From: Octopus sinensis
Lineage: Eukaryota
Direction: 5' to 3'
DNA: 64,000 nucleotides
NCBI RefSeq assembly: GCF_006345805.1
Contig: NC_042999.1
Span: 100,502,001 to 100,566,000 of the forward strand
The notes beneath the pieces were generated by a model. The model had not been told where the DNA came from. It searched no databases and worked only from the letters and a program-made list of their open reading frames with translations. The first letter of the stretch is position 1. Every line of letters begins with the position of its first letter. Shown piece by piece: positions 48,626 through 62,200 of this stretch. A program made the translations under genes and the position numbers.

Positions 48626-51600
48626 ATAAGCATCTTGGCTAGGTTTACACTTTGTTCTAAGTTTAAATTACTCAAACAATGCTCAAATAATATGTTCATT
48701 TTTGTTTGTACTTTGTGTGCGTGTGTGTGCATGCGCATGTGTGTATAGCATAAAAGTCATCAGTCCTATACATGTTACTTCACTACAACCACAGTTCAAG
48801 TAGATATGGTTCTCCTTTATTTTTTTTTTTTTAAAAGTAACAAATTTTAAAAAGTGATGACATAGCAAATAGAACAGGTCACATTGCAGTACACTGAAAA
48901 CAAGGAAAATAGAAAGATAAACAGCTGAATGATATGGATAAATAGAAAATAGAATATAATGGTCTAAATTTTAGCAACACAGAGCAGAGACAATGCATAA
49001 GATTGTTACTAATCTTCAGAATGGTTGTAAAGAAAGATGCATAAATACAAGAGCAGGTAAATTTACAAAGTTAATCAAGATACCATGGAAACAAGTGTGA
49101 CCATGAGACAATAATAATATAACAACTATATATGGTAGCAATTGAATACTAAATATAACAATCATAGACGTTTTGTGAAAACTTGAGATAAATCTCCATT
49201 TGATGGTCATTAAAATAAAGAGCAAGTAATGCATTTAAAAATTATCTTTATTCTTACATTGAAAATGAAAACACGAACAGGGGCTTGTTAATTGTTGCTA
49301 TTTTCATGTATTGATGTCAATATTCAGTAAACATAAATAGAAGCAACCCATACAAAAAAAAAACGACAATCAGAAAAAAATTCATGATTGAATATTAACT
49401 ATAGTGCTCATATAATCCTTCAAATAGGACAGCACCTAATAAAAAGTTTTTAAAAAGTGAGAGAGAGATTAGCAAGAAGCAGCATTTGGGATGAAAGTCC
49501 TATTTGCAATGAGGAAGCAGTATTAAAATTGAGTATATTAGATTACATATAAAGTGAGATAATGAGATGATGTTTTCAAAAAGATACATTATATATAATT
49601 ATATTTGTGCATAGCCTACATACGCACATATATACACAGAGCTTATGTGTTATGTTGTGGCACAGGTAAATGAAAACTAATCTTAAGTGGGTCTGACTTG
49701 ATCTTTGAAATCAGTTTGCAACTGATAAAATTGAAGCATTTTCTAGCCATAAATAAGAAGTCAAGACCTAGTGATATAATTTAGGCAAAATTATATATTT
49801 GAGGTTATGATTAAAGATAATCAGAGATTGTAATGACCTTGCAACTGTTCAACTTTGAGAACATTAGTTGTGCATACAGAGAGAGTAGTGCAAAACAGTT
49901 CCTCTTCATGTTTAGCAATTGTATTTATGCTATCTTTAAAGTCACTGTTCATGAATGTAGTCTAAGTTTAGTTTGATATCTAGGTTGGATGTCATGACAC
50001 TTGTGTGCAATACAATGAAGAAAGAGGGGGGTGTTGTCTTTAGAGCTGACTGCAGTTAGAAATAACAGCACAAAGGTCATAGTGTATGAAAAAAAAGAGT
50101 GTTAAAGTCTTAAACCAACCAAAGCATACCAGAGTTTACAGAAATGTAATACTAGAGAATCTTGTAAATGCACACTGAAATGGAATAGCCAGTAAGGTGA
50201 GAGACAGGTAAATTGATAAGGTAGTTTTTGTGTCAGACACAACAAAAGACTTTGTTAGTGTTGTGGACAACAAAATTACTTGCACTAAAACTTTCAAGAC
50301 TGAGAGATCACTGACATTTGATGTAGAAAAGAAAATCTCCAGTAGATATAAATACAGGGTATTGCTAAAAAGCAGATAAAAAACAAAGTGTAGAAGCAAG
50401 TGGTTGTTTATGAAAGTTTGTACAATCATCTGAATATTAGAAGGGAAGGCTATAAACCAACAGTGACAGGTGAGACTGCCTTACTTTGGACAATTTGTCA
50501 TAAATTTTCATGCATTTGAGACAAGTCCATGCAGAATGAAACTGAAAAATTAAGTGAGGACAGGAGCTTTCTCAAGAGCACTTATAATAAAAAGAACACT
50601 GACAAGACCTATTACCTTTGTAGATTGGAGTGGTCTGAAAAGCTTTTGCATTTGGTAGCTATGCATACATTGTGAAGTGGAGAAGGTAAGTTTGAGAAGG
50701 ATTTTGTTGTGTACAGCTCATAGCTAAAGAAATAAAAAATGTTGCATAGCTTATTTGTAGATACTATATTAATTATAGATACTATATAACAACTTATTGT
50801 AAATTCAAAACTATATACCACAAATGTTTTGGTAACTGTATCACTTACAAGAGAACTCGAAATACATCTCCAAGATTCCTTCACCAGGAAGGTTGTTTTA
50901 ACTATGTTAATATGGCATACAAAACATTTTAGTTTCCTTGATTGTTGTTGCATAGCACTAAGTTAGCTCATGTTTTAGTTCCACAATGAAGTGCTTCAAT
51001 AATTGTACTAAAGAAATATTGGTACTTGACACTAAACACTTTTCCTTCTTTATCATCCATCCATCAAAACTCCATAGCTCAAGGAGGTCATAAATACATA
51101 GAAACATGTGTTTCAAAAGCATATAACCTGATGGTATTTATCTCCTCTCCAGATATAGCTGGCCATTAGCTTCTCTGTAAAAAACTCTTCAGCCTTTTGA
51201 TAGGTATTTTTCTTTTTTAATTCTGCTAGATCCCCACACACCATTTTCACCCAGTAAACTGAACTGGAGGTGGTTAATTACCAGCCACCAGCTATGAGTT
51301 AGGTAGTAGTAGATAACATGACACAAGTAGCATGTAGCACATGACATATCAAACCCTTCTTATGATATTTTAAAACTTCATGATTTGAATTGTACACATA
51401 CACTCAATGCTACTGCAGAAGTAAACTTGATTTCTTACTTAGACCAAACAATGTCTCCGATTCTGAGAAAAGGGAAAATGTCATTGCATACTATTTAAAA
51501 TAAGTTAAATCTTATTAGTTAATTATTGCTGTTCCGATTCCATTCATATCGTAACTGCTACTTTATTTGAACGACTCAGGAAGGATGAAAGGTAATGATG

Positions 51601-54178
51601 ACCTTGAAAGGATTTCATAGAGATTAAATAATAAATATTTACAAACTATTGAATTAAAACTGGTTCATCAAAAAGCTCTTTAATTTGCTCAACAGAGTAA
51701 TAGAATGTAATATTAATTCATATATTCATCCCAATTCTGATGGCCTTAAAATCTCTGCTAATGACTTATCCTTTTTTTTTTGTTCTTTTTGATCTTTAAG
51801 AAAAAAAATACTATTCAACATACAATATTAGAGTTTGGAAAGCTAGTTCCAACAGAATATTGCTACATCATGCACTGTACAACTCACAGTACAACTTATG
51901 AACTGCCTCAGAAATTTGCTTGACTGTTCCAGCTTTTGCCCTTACCAAATGTTTAAAATAGTTTTATCTTTGGATCTGACCATTTATCTAAGTTAACATT
52001 GATTGTTTCTTCCTTCATCAGTAAAAATAGTGGTTTGTGTTATTACTTAACCCTACCCTGATCAAGTAGACCTATGACCAAAGGCATTTCAGCAGTGACC
52101 ATATTTTTTTTGCCTTTTTTTATATATTTACATCTAGAACTAAACTGTGTAATGTATCATTTTCTGTTTTAAGACAGTATGGTGTGATTAGTGAGAGAGG
52201 GTCGGTTTTTTTTTTTTGCTTCTTTTTAGCATTCTGAGTAACACTCATGTTTAATGTAATTTTAATGATATATAAACATGTGACAGTGCTGCCAATGTTA
52301 TTATGCAATTTGACCTTAACAACACAGAATTTCTGAAATTCATAGCTGACTTAATAGCTGCTACAACCATTAAATAAGGAGTTATTATCTAAATTAACCA
52401 TTTTACTGCTACACCATTTTATACCGTTAAAAAAATAATATACTACTGAACATTTTCATACAGATATTGGTGACCGTTTTTTTTTAGCTTTGATATAGCT
52501 TTAGGTTTTCTTCAACAGGTCAATTGTAATGACCTATTATCAAAGATGTTTTGATATCATGAGACCTCTTGTGTAATGATCCTTTTCACAGTGGCATACT
52601 TGATGACAAAGTGTCAAAATGTGTCTCTTGGATTAAATTTGCTAAATAAATAGAAAGCAGAGTAATTTCTGACAAGTCTTTCCAAGATCCTACTTTCAGA
52701 ATCACAGAACCTTTACTTCTTAAAAACTGAATTATCCTTTTTACCCTGCTGTTACTGTCACTTCTTTTTGAAACAAACCTCAGCAGGTTATTGTTTCTGT
52801 CTCATTGTGAAATTATTATTCATGTTTTGATGAATAGCTAGACTAGATGTATATAACTTATTTCACAACAAGTGAAATTTGGTTCCCTTTCACATCTAAG
52901 GGCTCAATAGTTTTAAATAAGAAATGACAGATTGTAACAACCAGTTCAATCTATGCTACTATGGAAAAGTGGACATAAAATGATAAAGACAAAGTGAGTT
53001 TAGCTGTTATTTCAGCATAAAAGCTGAGAAACAAACTATATAAAAAATTTCAAGCTAGATTCACTAATAAACTGCAAAAATATTATGAAGGCAAATCTTA
53101 TAGATTAGAAGCTATCATAAGTGAATACCCGTAAGAATTATCATCAAACTTTTGAAATTTGAAATCACACCCAACAGAATAAAATGTTTGACTGTCAACC
53201 TAAAAAATTGACAAGCTCTTAATCTAGGCTGCACTATGACATTAGCCAAAACATTTAATAAAGTAAACTGTATAATCTAAGGAAAGTAGTGCTAATCTGT
53301 ACTAGAAATTAGTGCATATAAACAGTTCAAAAATGAAAAAAATGTTTCTATAAGGAAGGGAAAAAAGTCAAACATTTCAAGTAGTTACACTTCAAAGAAT
53401 GATACATTCAATCCTATTTTTAAAAAAAAGGACCCATTGCTCTTCAATGAAGGGCTCTGCCTAAAATATTAGTCTTTTCTTTCCCTACGGCAACCAATTT
53501 ATTTCACTTTTGAACTGCTTGTTCTGAGAGGTTACCCTACCTAGCTACAAGTACATACACACCTTGTGGGACTGAACCCAAAAGAACATGATTGGAAAGA
53601 GAACTTCTTAACCACACACCTAAGCCTATAAATACTTCCTTGTAATACTAAGAAATTTCTGAGGCATAGCAATGTCACACTGTCATTATTTCAGAAGAAA
53701 ATTTACTTGCAAATTCTTCTCTACAAATAATGTTAAGCAATATACATTTACAAAAAAAAAATTATGTGATTATACGTGTGCGGGTAGATGTAATTATTTA
53801 TACATATATCTGTCTATGAACAAGCCTGTTTCTGGGTGTACTAACAAAGAAAAAGTGCTCAATATAAAGAGTTCATTCATATGAAAATGATGGCTCACTC
53901 CTTATTTCATGTTTGTTCATGCAACAAGAAATTAATCTGAAACTTGAATAAATATCAAAAAGAGAGAAACTCAAGAGTAGTGACAGAGTTAAATGTCAGA
54001 TTTGACCAATATATATAAATATAAATATACGCATACATAAACACTAGTTATATATAAAGTAAATAAAGTTATATATAGCTGTTCACATCAACAGATTTAT
54101 CAGAAAACTTTCTAAATCTGCAGACGCTTTCTATACCACAAAATGTGTATATGCCAGAATTACATAAACATTGCTTAC

Positions 54179-54272
54179 TGAATCGGTGGTGACAAATTTT
54201 CCATCAATATATCGACATATTAAGGAGGTTTTACCAACATCTTTATCTCCAAGAATCACCACTTTCAAATCT
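54179..54272 (-). CDS. RAB20: Rab20-like GTPase exon (G1/P-loop); upstream start exon unresolved
   Basis: Acceptor ttttttcag|A GAT TTG AAA...: DLKVVILGDKDVGKTSLICRYIDGKFVTTDS; donor TCA|gtaagc, phase 0. Confidence 0.92.
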
Positions 54273-55497
54273 CTGAAAAAATATGAAATTTAGGAAAGTT
54301 ATTTTATTTTGATATTTCATCATATTTCTTAAATATAAACAAAATAGTTTTTCTATTAAGAAAAAAAATTATTTGTCAGTTGAAAATATTCAAATATATC
54401 TGAAATGTCAAATAAAGAGTGTTAATAGTCCATGAAGTCTCATACGCCACAGGACAGGATTGGCAATAACAAAGAGCATATTTATAAGCTTCATTAGGAT
54501 GATGATGACAGTAGGTCAATCATGACTATGTCATATAAACTCTTTTAAACAGGAAACCACCAATAAAACATCTGCAAAACGTGTCAGCTTTTTAAGGACA
54601 CCTAATTTAAAAGCTCTAACTTTCTTCTGGCTTATTTTTTTTTTACCTTACTTTTCAGATAAATAATGTCAGACATCAGGCTGACTCAGCAAATAAAAAG
54701 ACGCACAGTAATCATTGTCTTAAAAATATAGAATGATGACACAGATGGCTCACTTCTTGAAAGCTACCTGATCCTTCGTTGTCAAAGTTCAAAAGGAACT
54801 GGGAGCTGCTGACAGAGATCCAACATCAGCAGCTAAATAGAAAACACATGCACAAGGTCCTAATACCATCAGGACACAACTTTTTGCAAAAAGTTGAAGG
54901 TGCAGGTATGGCTGCATGGCAAGAAGTTTCCTTCTCAGGATTATTTGTACCAATTTGTTTTCAAATACAGCTTTTCCTTATTGAGCTATGCATCTTTTTC
55001 TAAATTCAAACAAATGACCTCAAACAACTGATGCATCCTGTGTTGATTCAGTACAAATTTTTGCTATTACAGAAGAGTGTATCTTTGGGAAAGAAATTAC
55101 AATTTCCTTCTTAAGCTTACTCCAAACTTACAATGTAATGCATTGAATGGTTAAGATATAAGAATTATGAAACAAATACTGAATTTTAAAGCATAACAAT
55201 ACTTTAAAAATCCAATATACCAAAGTACAGTTAATGCTGTATACATGTTTTTATGTAGATTGAAATAAATTATATTCAAGTTTTCACTAAGACAGTATAG
55301 GTATTAGAGCTGGTTCATTAATAAAATATATTACTTTCCAGTTTTAACTAAAAACAGTAATATAAATCTAAAACAATTAGTTAAAAAAAACAATACAACA
55401 AAATATTCTAATATATAAATGATCACAGCTATTTCTTCAGTAAGAAAGTGAACAACATGGATTTACCATTTCTCATATACAATGGATGGTGTATATA

Positions 55498-55945
55498 TGA
55501 GGATGGGCTGAAAAGTTCATATGCTGACTATGAAGGAATGAAGCTAGAGCTATGAAATCTTGCATGCATTAACTTCAGATCTTCTTAATAACTGCATTGT
55601 TTCTTTGCAGGTAAACTGACATATGACTGTTCAAAGACTTCAAAAGTAACTAGTAGTGACTTCCTTTGAAAATTGACAAAATTTGGCATTATGCTGTTAT
55701 CAAGTACCTGCAGAAAATGGGTTGAGCCCCCAAGGACATTCATGCTGGTATGCTTACTACATTAGGGAATGACACACCAGCTTTATCAACAATGCAAGTG
55801 GGCAGCAGAATTTAGGATTGGAAGGGAGAGTCTTGAAGATGACCCAGTGTCTGGACATACTGCAGCTATGATGACATGTTGAAAAATAAATCTCATTTGG
55901 TTACATTCCATGAGAGTATCTTTGTCAGCTTATGAACTTTTCACC
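55498..55945 (+). mobile_element. Internally deleted mariner relic
   Basis: TIR pair ggctgaaaagttcatatgctgac and gtcagcttatgaacttttcacc; internal AVIKYLQK..L.PKDIH...AAEFR.GRESLEDDP.SG (mariner N-terminus). Confidence 0.75.
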
Positions 55946-56699
55946 ACAAGAATGAATTGTTGAAAAAAATGAAAATTCAATTCCCTTAAGCTCAGTTATA
56001 TTGTATCTTTAAAATCACACCAAATTTAGATTGTTTGTTATTCTTGGTTAGTCATCATTACTGAAACATAATGCAAACTTGTACTGTAAAAATATACAAC
56101 ACTCATTGTGGAACTGTTCCAATACCTATCAACTTCACTATTTTGCTACTATATCAGTTTAGGTAAATGAAATATATTGACGAACATTACTTTGAAAAAA
56201 AATTATAAGTAGAAATAAATTTCCTTGAATCAACCACTTCACACTAAATCCACTACAAACATTCTAGGAGAGAGTCACAAATACCATGCCAGATCACTCA
56301 ACTATAAAATCTGTATTTATATCTAAGGGTCAAATATTATTCTTTTACTAGATTCAGTCATTGGACTGTGGTCATGATAGACTCTGAGCAAGCCCAGTAC
56401 TTGACTGATATCTATTTTACCAACAAAGGTAAGATGAAGTGCAAAGTCAAATTGGGTTGGTTTTTGAACAAAAATGGGCAAACATAAGTTATTTTGACAC
56501 TTCTGATTACTACTACCCTCCATATACTACTTTAAAAGCTGTTTTAAAGAAAGCTCTTCAGCTATGTGAAAAATAACAGATTATAAAGGAAACAGATTTC
56601 TTTAAATATCTAGGGGATCCTTATAAGTAGTAGATAGTTCTCATTACCAAATTAGCAGCAGAGGAGGACGTTCTGAAAGCATAGTTGCTAGAATAAGAA

Positions 56700-57190
56700 C
56701 CAGCTAGGCAAAGTCCAGGGTCCTATTAGCTTTGTTGATAACAAAAAGCCTCTCTCTGAGAGTGAAAGGCAGATAGTAATATACCTGTGTACAGACAGTT
56801 ATACTACATGGCAGTGAAATATGGCTGTGAATGCATAGGACATGTGAAGGTTTGAAAGAAATGAAGCCAGCATATTCCACTGGGTGTGCAATATCCATGT
56901 GCAAGTATGACAATGTGTAAATGTTTCAAGAGAAAAATTGGATATAAGTGACATCAGATGTGGCATGGAAGAGAGAAAACTGTGTTGGTATTGTCATGTA
57001 ATGCATATAGATGAAGACAGCTGCATAAAGAAGTGCCATTCTCTAAATGTGAAGGGAACCTGTGGAAGAGGAAGGCTCAGGAAGATGTAGGATGGAGTGG
57101 TGAGAAATGATCTTCAGTTATTGAGCACTACAGAGAAAATGACAAAGGACTGAGACAATTGGCAATTTGCTGTGTTTGAGAAGATCAATC
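56700..57190 (+). mobile_element. Old fragment of the same RTE family as 15386-17143
   Basis: agcctctctctgagagtgaaaggcaga...ctacatggcagtgaaatatggc...gaaatgaagccagcata aligns with 16115-16300. Confidence 0.8.
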
Positions 57191-57699
57191 TAGTTAACTA
57201 AATTTAAGGCCATAAGGGCATATCCTTTATGTCCATCCCCCCACCCACCCACACACATAATCTGTCTCTGACAAACCTCACACCCGTATTCCATCTTCCC
57301 AACACCTCTCTCCTCTTCCTGGGTTCATCACTCACTCTATTCCCCTTCCCTCTATCTCCCACTCTCCCTTGCAAACCTACCTACACACAACCTGTCCCTG
57401 TCGAATCTGTTCTCCACAACACATCCTCCTCATACCCCCTCATCTACCTGAGTCCACTCACATCACTGCACCCTCCATTTCCCACTAACCTTTTGCAATC
57501 TTGCAAACTTACTCACCCACTTACCCTCCCCAATCTCCAGTCCACTTCATTATATACACCTCTCTGTAACTTGGGTGAATGCTCCCCTCCACATCTTACC
57601 TATCTCCTCCCTCTCTTCCTGAGGAAGCCATGTTTCTCCCCACTCTCTGCAGGGGTGGTCTGGTCTTGCCAGTTACTTGGTGACTTCACTGTTGCTGGT

Positions 57700-57890
57700 G
57701 CTATGTAAAAAGCACCCAGTACACTCAGCAAAGTGGTTAGTGTTAGGAAGGGCAGCCAGCTACAGAAACCATGCCAAAAAAGCAGTCAGTAGAGCTTGGT
57801 GCAGTTTTCTGACTTGCCAGCTCCAGTTGAACTACTGTCCCACCCACACCAGCATGGAAAACAGATGTTAAATGAAGATGATGATGTATC
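57700..57890 (+). mobile_element. RTE 3'-tail fragment
   Basis: tgtaaaaagcacccagtacactcagcaaagtggttagtgttaggaagggcagccagc...agcatggaaaacagatgttaaatgaagatgatg. Confidence 0.75.
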
Positions 57891-59379
57891 CCAATCCAGT
57901 TGTCTTCGTTAGTAAAACCTAACAGTGAAATACATAATGCTTAAACAATGAGCATAACACTTTCAAAAGCAAAAACTGTAGGAAAATTATAAATGAAAAA
58001 AAAAAGTAAAATACAACAAAATAACAACTAGCCAAAGCAGAAGTTAAAATATATTCTACAAGAGGAATATTTTTCTTTATTGGTATGGAGCTGAAGTGTT
58101 CATCTACTGTACCACATTTGGTGTACAGGTACACAATGGATTTTTGAGGTGAGTTGAACATGCCAGTTATTTAGAATACTAGAGTTGAATTAGTTTACAG
58201 CTTAGCTCTGTATCCATTACAGTTCAAATTGATTATGCACATTCTTGTCATTGAATTGTTAGTAACATTTAAATCGAGACAACATACTTCGTGTGTGTCA
58301 GTCACAGTTTGACCTTTGACAATAACATGAACTCGGTTTACTTGAGATCTTTTCACTAAGTAGGGGGAACCTCTTATAAATCAGATGGTTTATTTTTACA
58401 CTTCCTTTGCTAGAATGATACTTAACATTTAAATTTATTGCACTGTATGTTTGTGCACAGGAGTGGTATGTCTTTAAAATGAAATGACTAATACTTCAAT
58501 TTTTCTAAAAATCATTTATGCTTTCTGCATATTGTCTTCTATCTGAAAATAGTTTCTTTTCAGCACTTTTTTGTTATATTACTATTGTACTTATACCTGT
58601 ATTACAATACATAGAGTGGACAATCTAAGTTTTAACCAATAGTATAGTGTTAATTGATATAATTAAACATTATTAAACACTGTAGTGCTTACCTAGATAG
58701 CTTTTGCTTTTCTATACATAATGGAAAAAAAAGGACCACTGGAAAGGTGAAAAAAAAAAAGAAAACAGGAAAGGGATAAAGATGCTATGGACAAAAAAAA
58801 AGAATCAAAAATGGATTCTGTGCAGTATTTGTAGTAATAGACATAGTGTCATTAGTGTTGGTCCCAAAAGCACAATACACCATTATAATAAAAACTATCT
58901 GTCCTCAGAAGTTAACCATGTCATATACATAATTGTGATGAGAAATAAGTAAATTTGATGATGGTCCCAAGCTATTTGAAAAAGACATCACTATTTATGC
59001 AAGAAACTGCTTAGCTTGATGATGACTGATCAAGTACACCAACTTACCATGTCCATAACTATTTTGGACCAAGTTCAAGAAGCAAGCTATGCAGCTTCTG
59101 AAATCCTGGCAAAATAGTTCAAATTACTGAGTCAGTAATTTTACTAACATTAATAAAAAGCACCTATTCTATTTAGCCATTAAAATCAAGGTTTTCTTCA
59201 CTCTGTTCTTCAATAGAAACTGTCCAATCAAGGATTCTATCATGCATGGAAGTGAGACAGTTATCTCAAAGGTATTTTGAAGGCTTATGAACTAGGAACT
59301 TCTTTTGATGTTTCAAGATAACTGGCTAAGATATGGCACAATAAAGTTGCATTCGAAGCTGACATTTTCCTAACATTAA

Positions 59380-59599
59380 CCCTTTCGTTACCAACCCGGC
59401 TGAAACCGGCCCTGGCTCTGAGTACAAATGTCATGTTTTCATAAGTTCTGAATTAAAATCTTCCACCAAATCTTAGTCACAATTTATGTTTCTAACACTA
59501 GCTTAATGATAACTAAGTTATTTTACTAAATTCTTTGTTATATTTAAAGTAATTGAAAGAAACACAGAGCATCTCAAAATAAATACAGTAATGAAAGGG
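59380..59599. mobile_element. 220-bp piggyBac-type MITE
   Basis: ttaa|CCCTTTCGTTAC ... GTAATGAAAGGG|ttaa; 12-bp TIR with 1 mismatch, TTAA target duplication intact. Confidence 0.9.
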
Positions 59600-59754
59600 T
59601 TAATACACTTAACAAAAATATGCAAGGAGTCACTGAAAATATTTTTGCTTGTACTGACAAAATTAACTCTTTTACAGAAATGCTTTGAATTGTCTGGACA
59701 AAAAACTTGAATTGATTCAGCAAAATTTTGTCACTGCTTAATATAAATAATGGT

Positions 59755-60188
59755 GTGGCACAAGGACAACAATTTCAGGGCATAAAGTAAGTCAATTACA
59801 TCAACCCCACTACTCAAATGGTACATATTTTATCAAACCTGAAAGGATGAAAGGCAAAACTGACCTTGGTGGAATTTGAACTCAGAATATAGACAGACAA
59901 AATGCCACTGAGTATTTTGCCATGTGTGCTAACAATTCTACCAGCTTGCCACCCTACTGCTGAATGAAAATATTGATTTCAGATTTTAGCACAAGACCAG
60001 CAATTTTGAGGGAGGGTTTAAGTCAATTACATTGACCCTAGTACTCAATTAGTACTTAGGTTATTGAGGACAAAAGGATGCAAAGCAAAGTCAACTTCAG
60101 CAGAATTTGGACTCAGAATACAAAGACAGATAAAATGTTACTAAGCATTTCACCTGGCCTGCTAACAATTCTGCCAGCTCACCAACTT
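59755..60188 (-). mobile_element. Two tandem, CpG-depleted SINE family A copies
   Basis: 59755-59956 and 59977-60188 each contain aaggatg.aa.gcaaa.t.ac...gaattt.actcagaa...gctaacaattct.ccagct. Confidence 0.8.
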
Positions 60189-60216
60189 CAACATGAATAT
60201 AAATATTGAAATGGCT

Positions 60217-61815
60217 CAATCCTCAGCCCTCTCTTGTTCATCATAGTCCTCCAGGTAATAACAGAGGAATTTAAGACAGGCTGTCCTTGGGAGCTCCTCT
60301 ATGCTAATGACCTTACTCTTAGGACCAAGTCATTACCAGAACTAGAGAAGAAATTTTGGGTGTGGAGGCAAGGTCTAAAATCAAAAGGCCTTAGAGTTAA
60401 TCTAGCAAAAACCAAAGCCTTAGAAATTAAGAAAGCAGACAAATCACAAATCCCTTCAGGTAGATGGCCCTGCTCAATCTGAAGAAAACACATAGGTAGA
60501 AACACCATAAGATATACCTGGTGTAAGCAATGGACACAAGAGGTGCAGTAATATCAGAAGGTCAACAGGGAAACTAGTTTTTGTGTGTGGAAGGTGCACA
60601 GATACAATTAACATTAAAAACATACAGAAAATAGACTCCATCAAATGCCAGGTGGGGAAACTGGAAGGAGTTGATAGCTGCTGTTATCTAGGTGACCAAG
60701 TCAGTAGCAGAGGCAGATGCTTTGAGAGCGTAGTTGCTAGAATAAAAATAGGTTGGACAAAGTTCAGAGAGCTCCTATCTCTGTTGGTAACAAAGGGCCT
60801 CTCCCTCAGATTGAAATGCAAATTGTATGATGCTACATGGCAGTGAAACATGGCAATGACTGTCAAGTACGTGCGCAGGCTTGAAAGAAATAAAGCTAGT
60901 ATGCTTCATTGAATGTGCAATGTACAACAGAGTGTGTCTTGAGAGAAAAGTTGGGCATAAGAGGCATCAGATGTGGTGTGTAAGAGAGACAACTGCATTG
61001 GTATGGTCACGTGATGTGTATGGATATGGACAGCTGTGTGAAGAAGTGTCGATCTCTAACAGTGGAGGGAAGCTGTGACAGAGGGAGACCCAGGAAGAAA
61101 TGGGATGAGGTGGTGAAGCATGATCTTCAAACATTGGGCTTCACAGAGGCAATGACTAGTGACAGAGACCTTTGGCGATATGCCATGCTAGAGAATACCC
61201 ATCAAGCCAAGTCATAGCTATGGCTGTTGTTGATGCCATGTTACTGGCACCTGTACTGGTGGCACATAAAAAGCACCTTTTGTGCTGGGATATAAAAAGC
61301 ACCTTTCATGCTTGAGAAGACCTGTCAAGCCAAGTGAAACCATAGTTGTGGCTGTTGTCATTCCCACATGACTGGCACCCATGCCAGTGTCATGTAAAAA
61401 GCACCATTAGAGTGTTGGACCTCACAAAGGCAATGTGGTCAATACCAGCATCACATAACTAGCATCCATGCCGTTGGCACATATAAAGTGCCTTTCAAGA
61501 ACTGGACCTCATGGAGGAATGACAAATGACCAAGAACTTTAGCAATATGCTGTGCTTGAGAAGAAGACCCATCAAGCCAATTGAACTCGTAGTTGTGGCA
61601 GATACCAGTGTTGTGCAACTGGTACCCATTGCCAGTGGCACATAAAAGCACCCATTACACTCTCAGAGTGGTTGGCATTAGGAAGAGCATCCATCTGTAG
61701 AAACCATGCCAAATCAGACTGGAGTCTGGCACAGCCTTCCAGCTTGCCAGCCCTGGTTGAACTGTTGAACCTATGTCAGCATGGACAATGGACATTAAAT
61801 TATAATGACAATGAT
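60217..61815 (+). mobile_element. Intermediate-age 5'-truncated RTE LINE (same family as 15386), frameshifted, with expanded 3' UTR
   Basis: FIIVLQVITEEFKTGCPWELLYANDL...GRWPCSI*...FVCGRC...YLGDQVS...RGRPRKKWDEVVKHDL; several ggcacataaaaagcacc modules; (GAT)-like tail near 61805. Confidence 0.9.
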
Positions 61816-61879
61816 GATTGAAAAGTATTTTTATCACTTGATGCATCTTCCTTGGAGTGGTTGAGAGATGTAATTGTCT

Positions 61880-62200
61880 TAAACTATGAGTCAACAAAAA
61901 TGTACTGTTTCAGAAGAAGATGAGCTAACAGAAATTAAAAATGACAAAGGACTCATTGACATAGCCTCCTGATTGTTTTCCAGGGAGGAATGTCCCATCA
62001 TCATAAAGAAAACACTTAAAGCACTCCTTCCTTCCTCAGTTTCAGATCTTTGTAAAACAATTTTCCCTATATTGAATATTATTAAGAACAAGTACAGGTC
62101 AGTTTCAAACACTGGGAGAGGAACTAAGAATAGGCTTGTCAATCATACAACCTCAGAAAAGATGTATCATAAGACATTAACAGTTATCATACATTCAGTC
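61880..62200 (+). mobile_element. hAT (Charlie/Buster-like) C-terminal relic
   Basis: EECPII.KTLKALLPSSVSDLCKTIFPILNIIKNKYRS and (frameshifted) LRIGLS resemble the hAT dimerisation domain pattern YP.L...AL..LLPF.TTYLCE..FS.L..IK.K.R...DLR.ALS. Confidence 0.55.

Noticed and set aside
50380-51000. Possible very old LINE RT on the + strand (FVD...KAF-like pieces)
   Set aside because: Motifs are too fragmentary to distinguish from chance without a profile search.
57229-57708. 159-aa P/L/T/H-rich ORF
   Set aside because: Low-complexity pyrimidine-rich DNA between RTE fragments; no domain or splice support.
59047-59106. Candidate Rab upstream exon ending ATGGACATG|gtaagt
   Set aside because: Splicing to the main acceptor at 54272 creates TGA or the wrong frame; no in-frame start was found.
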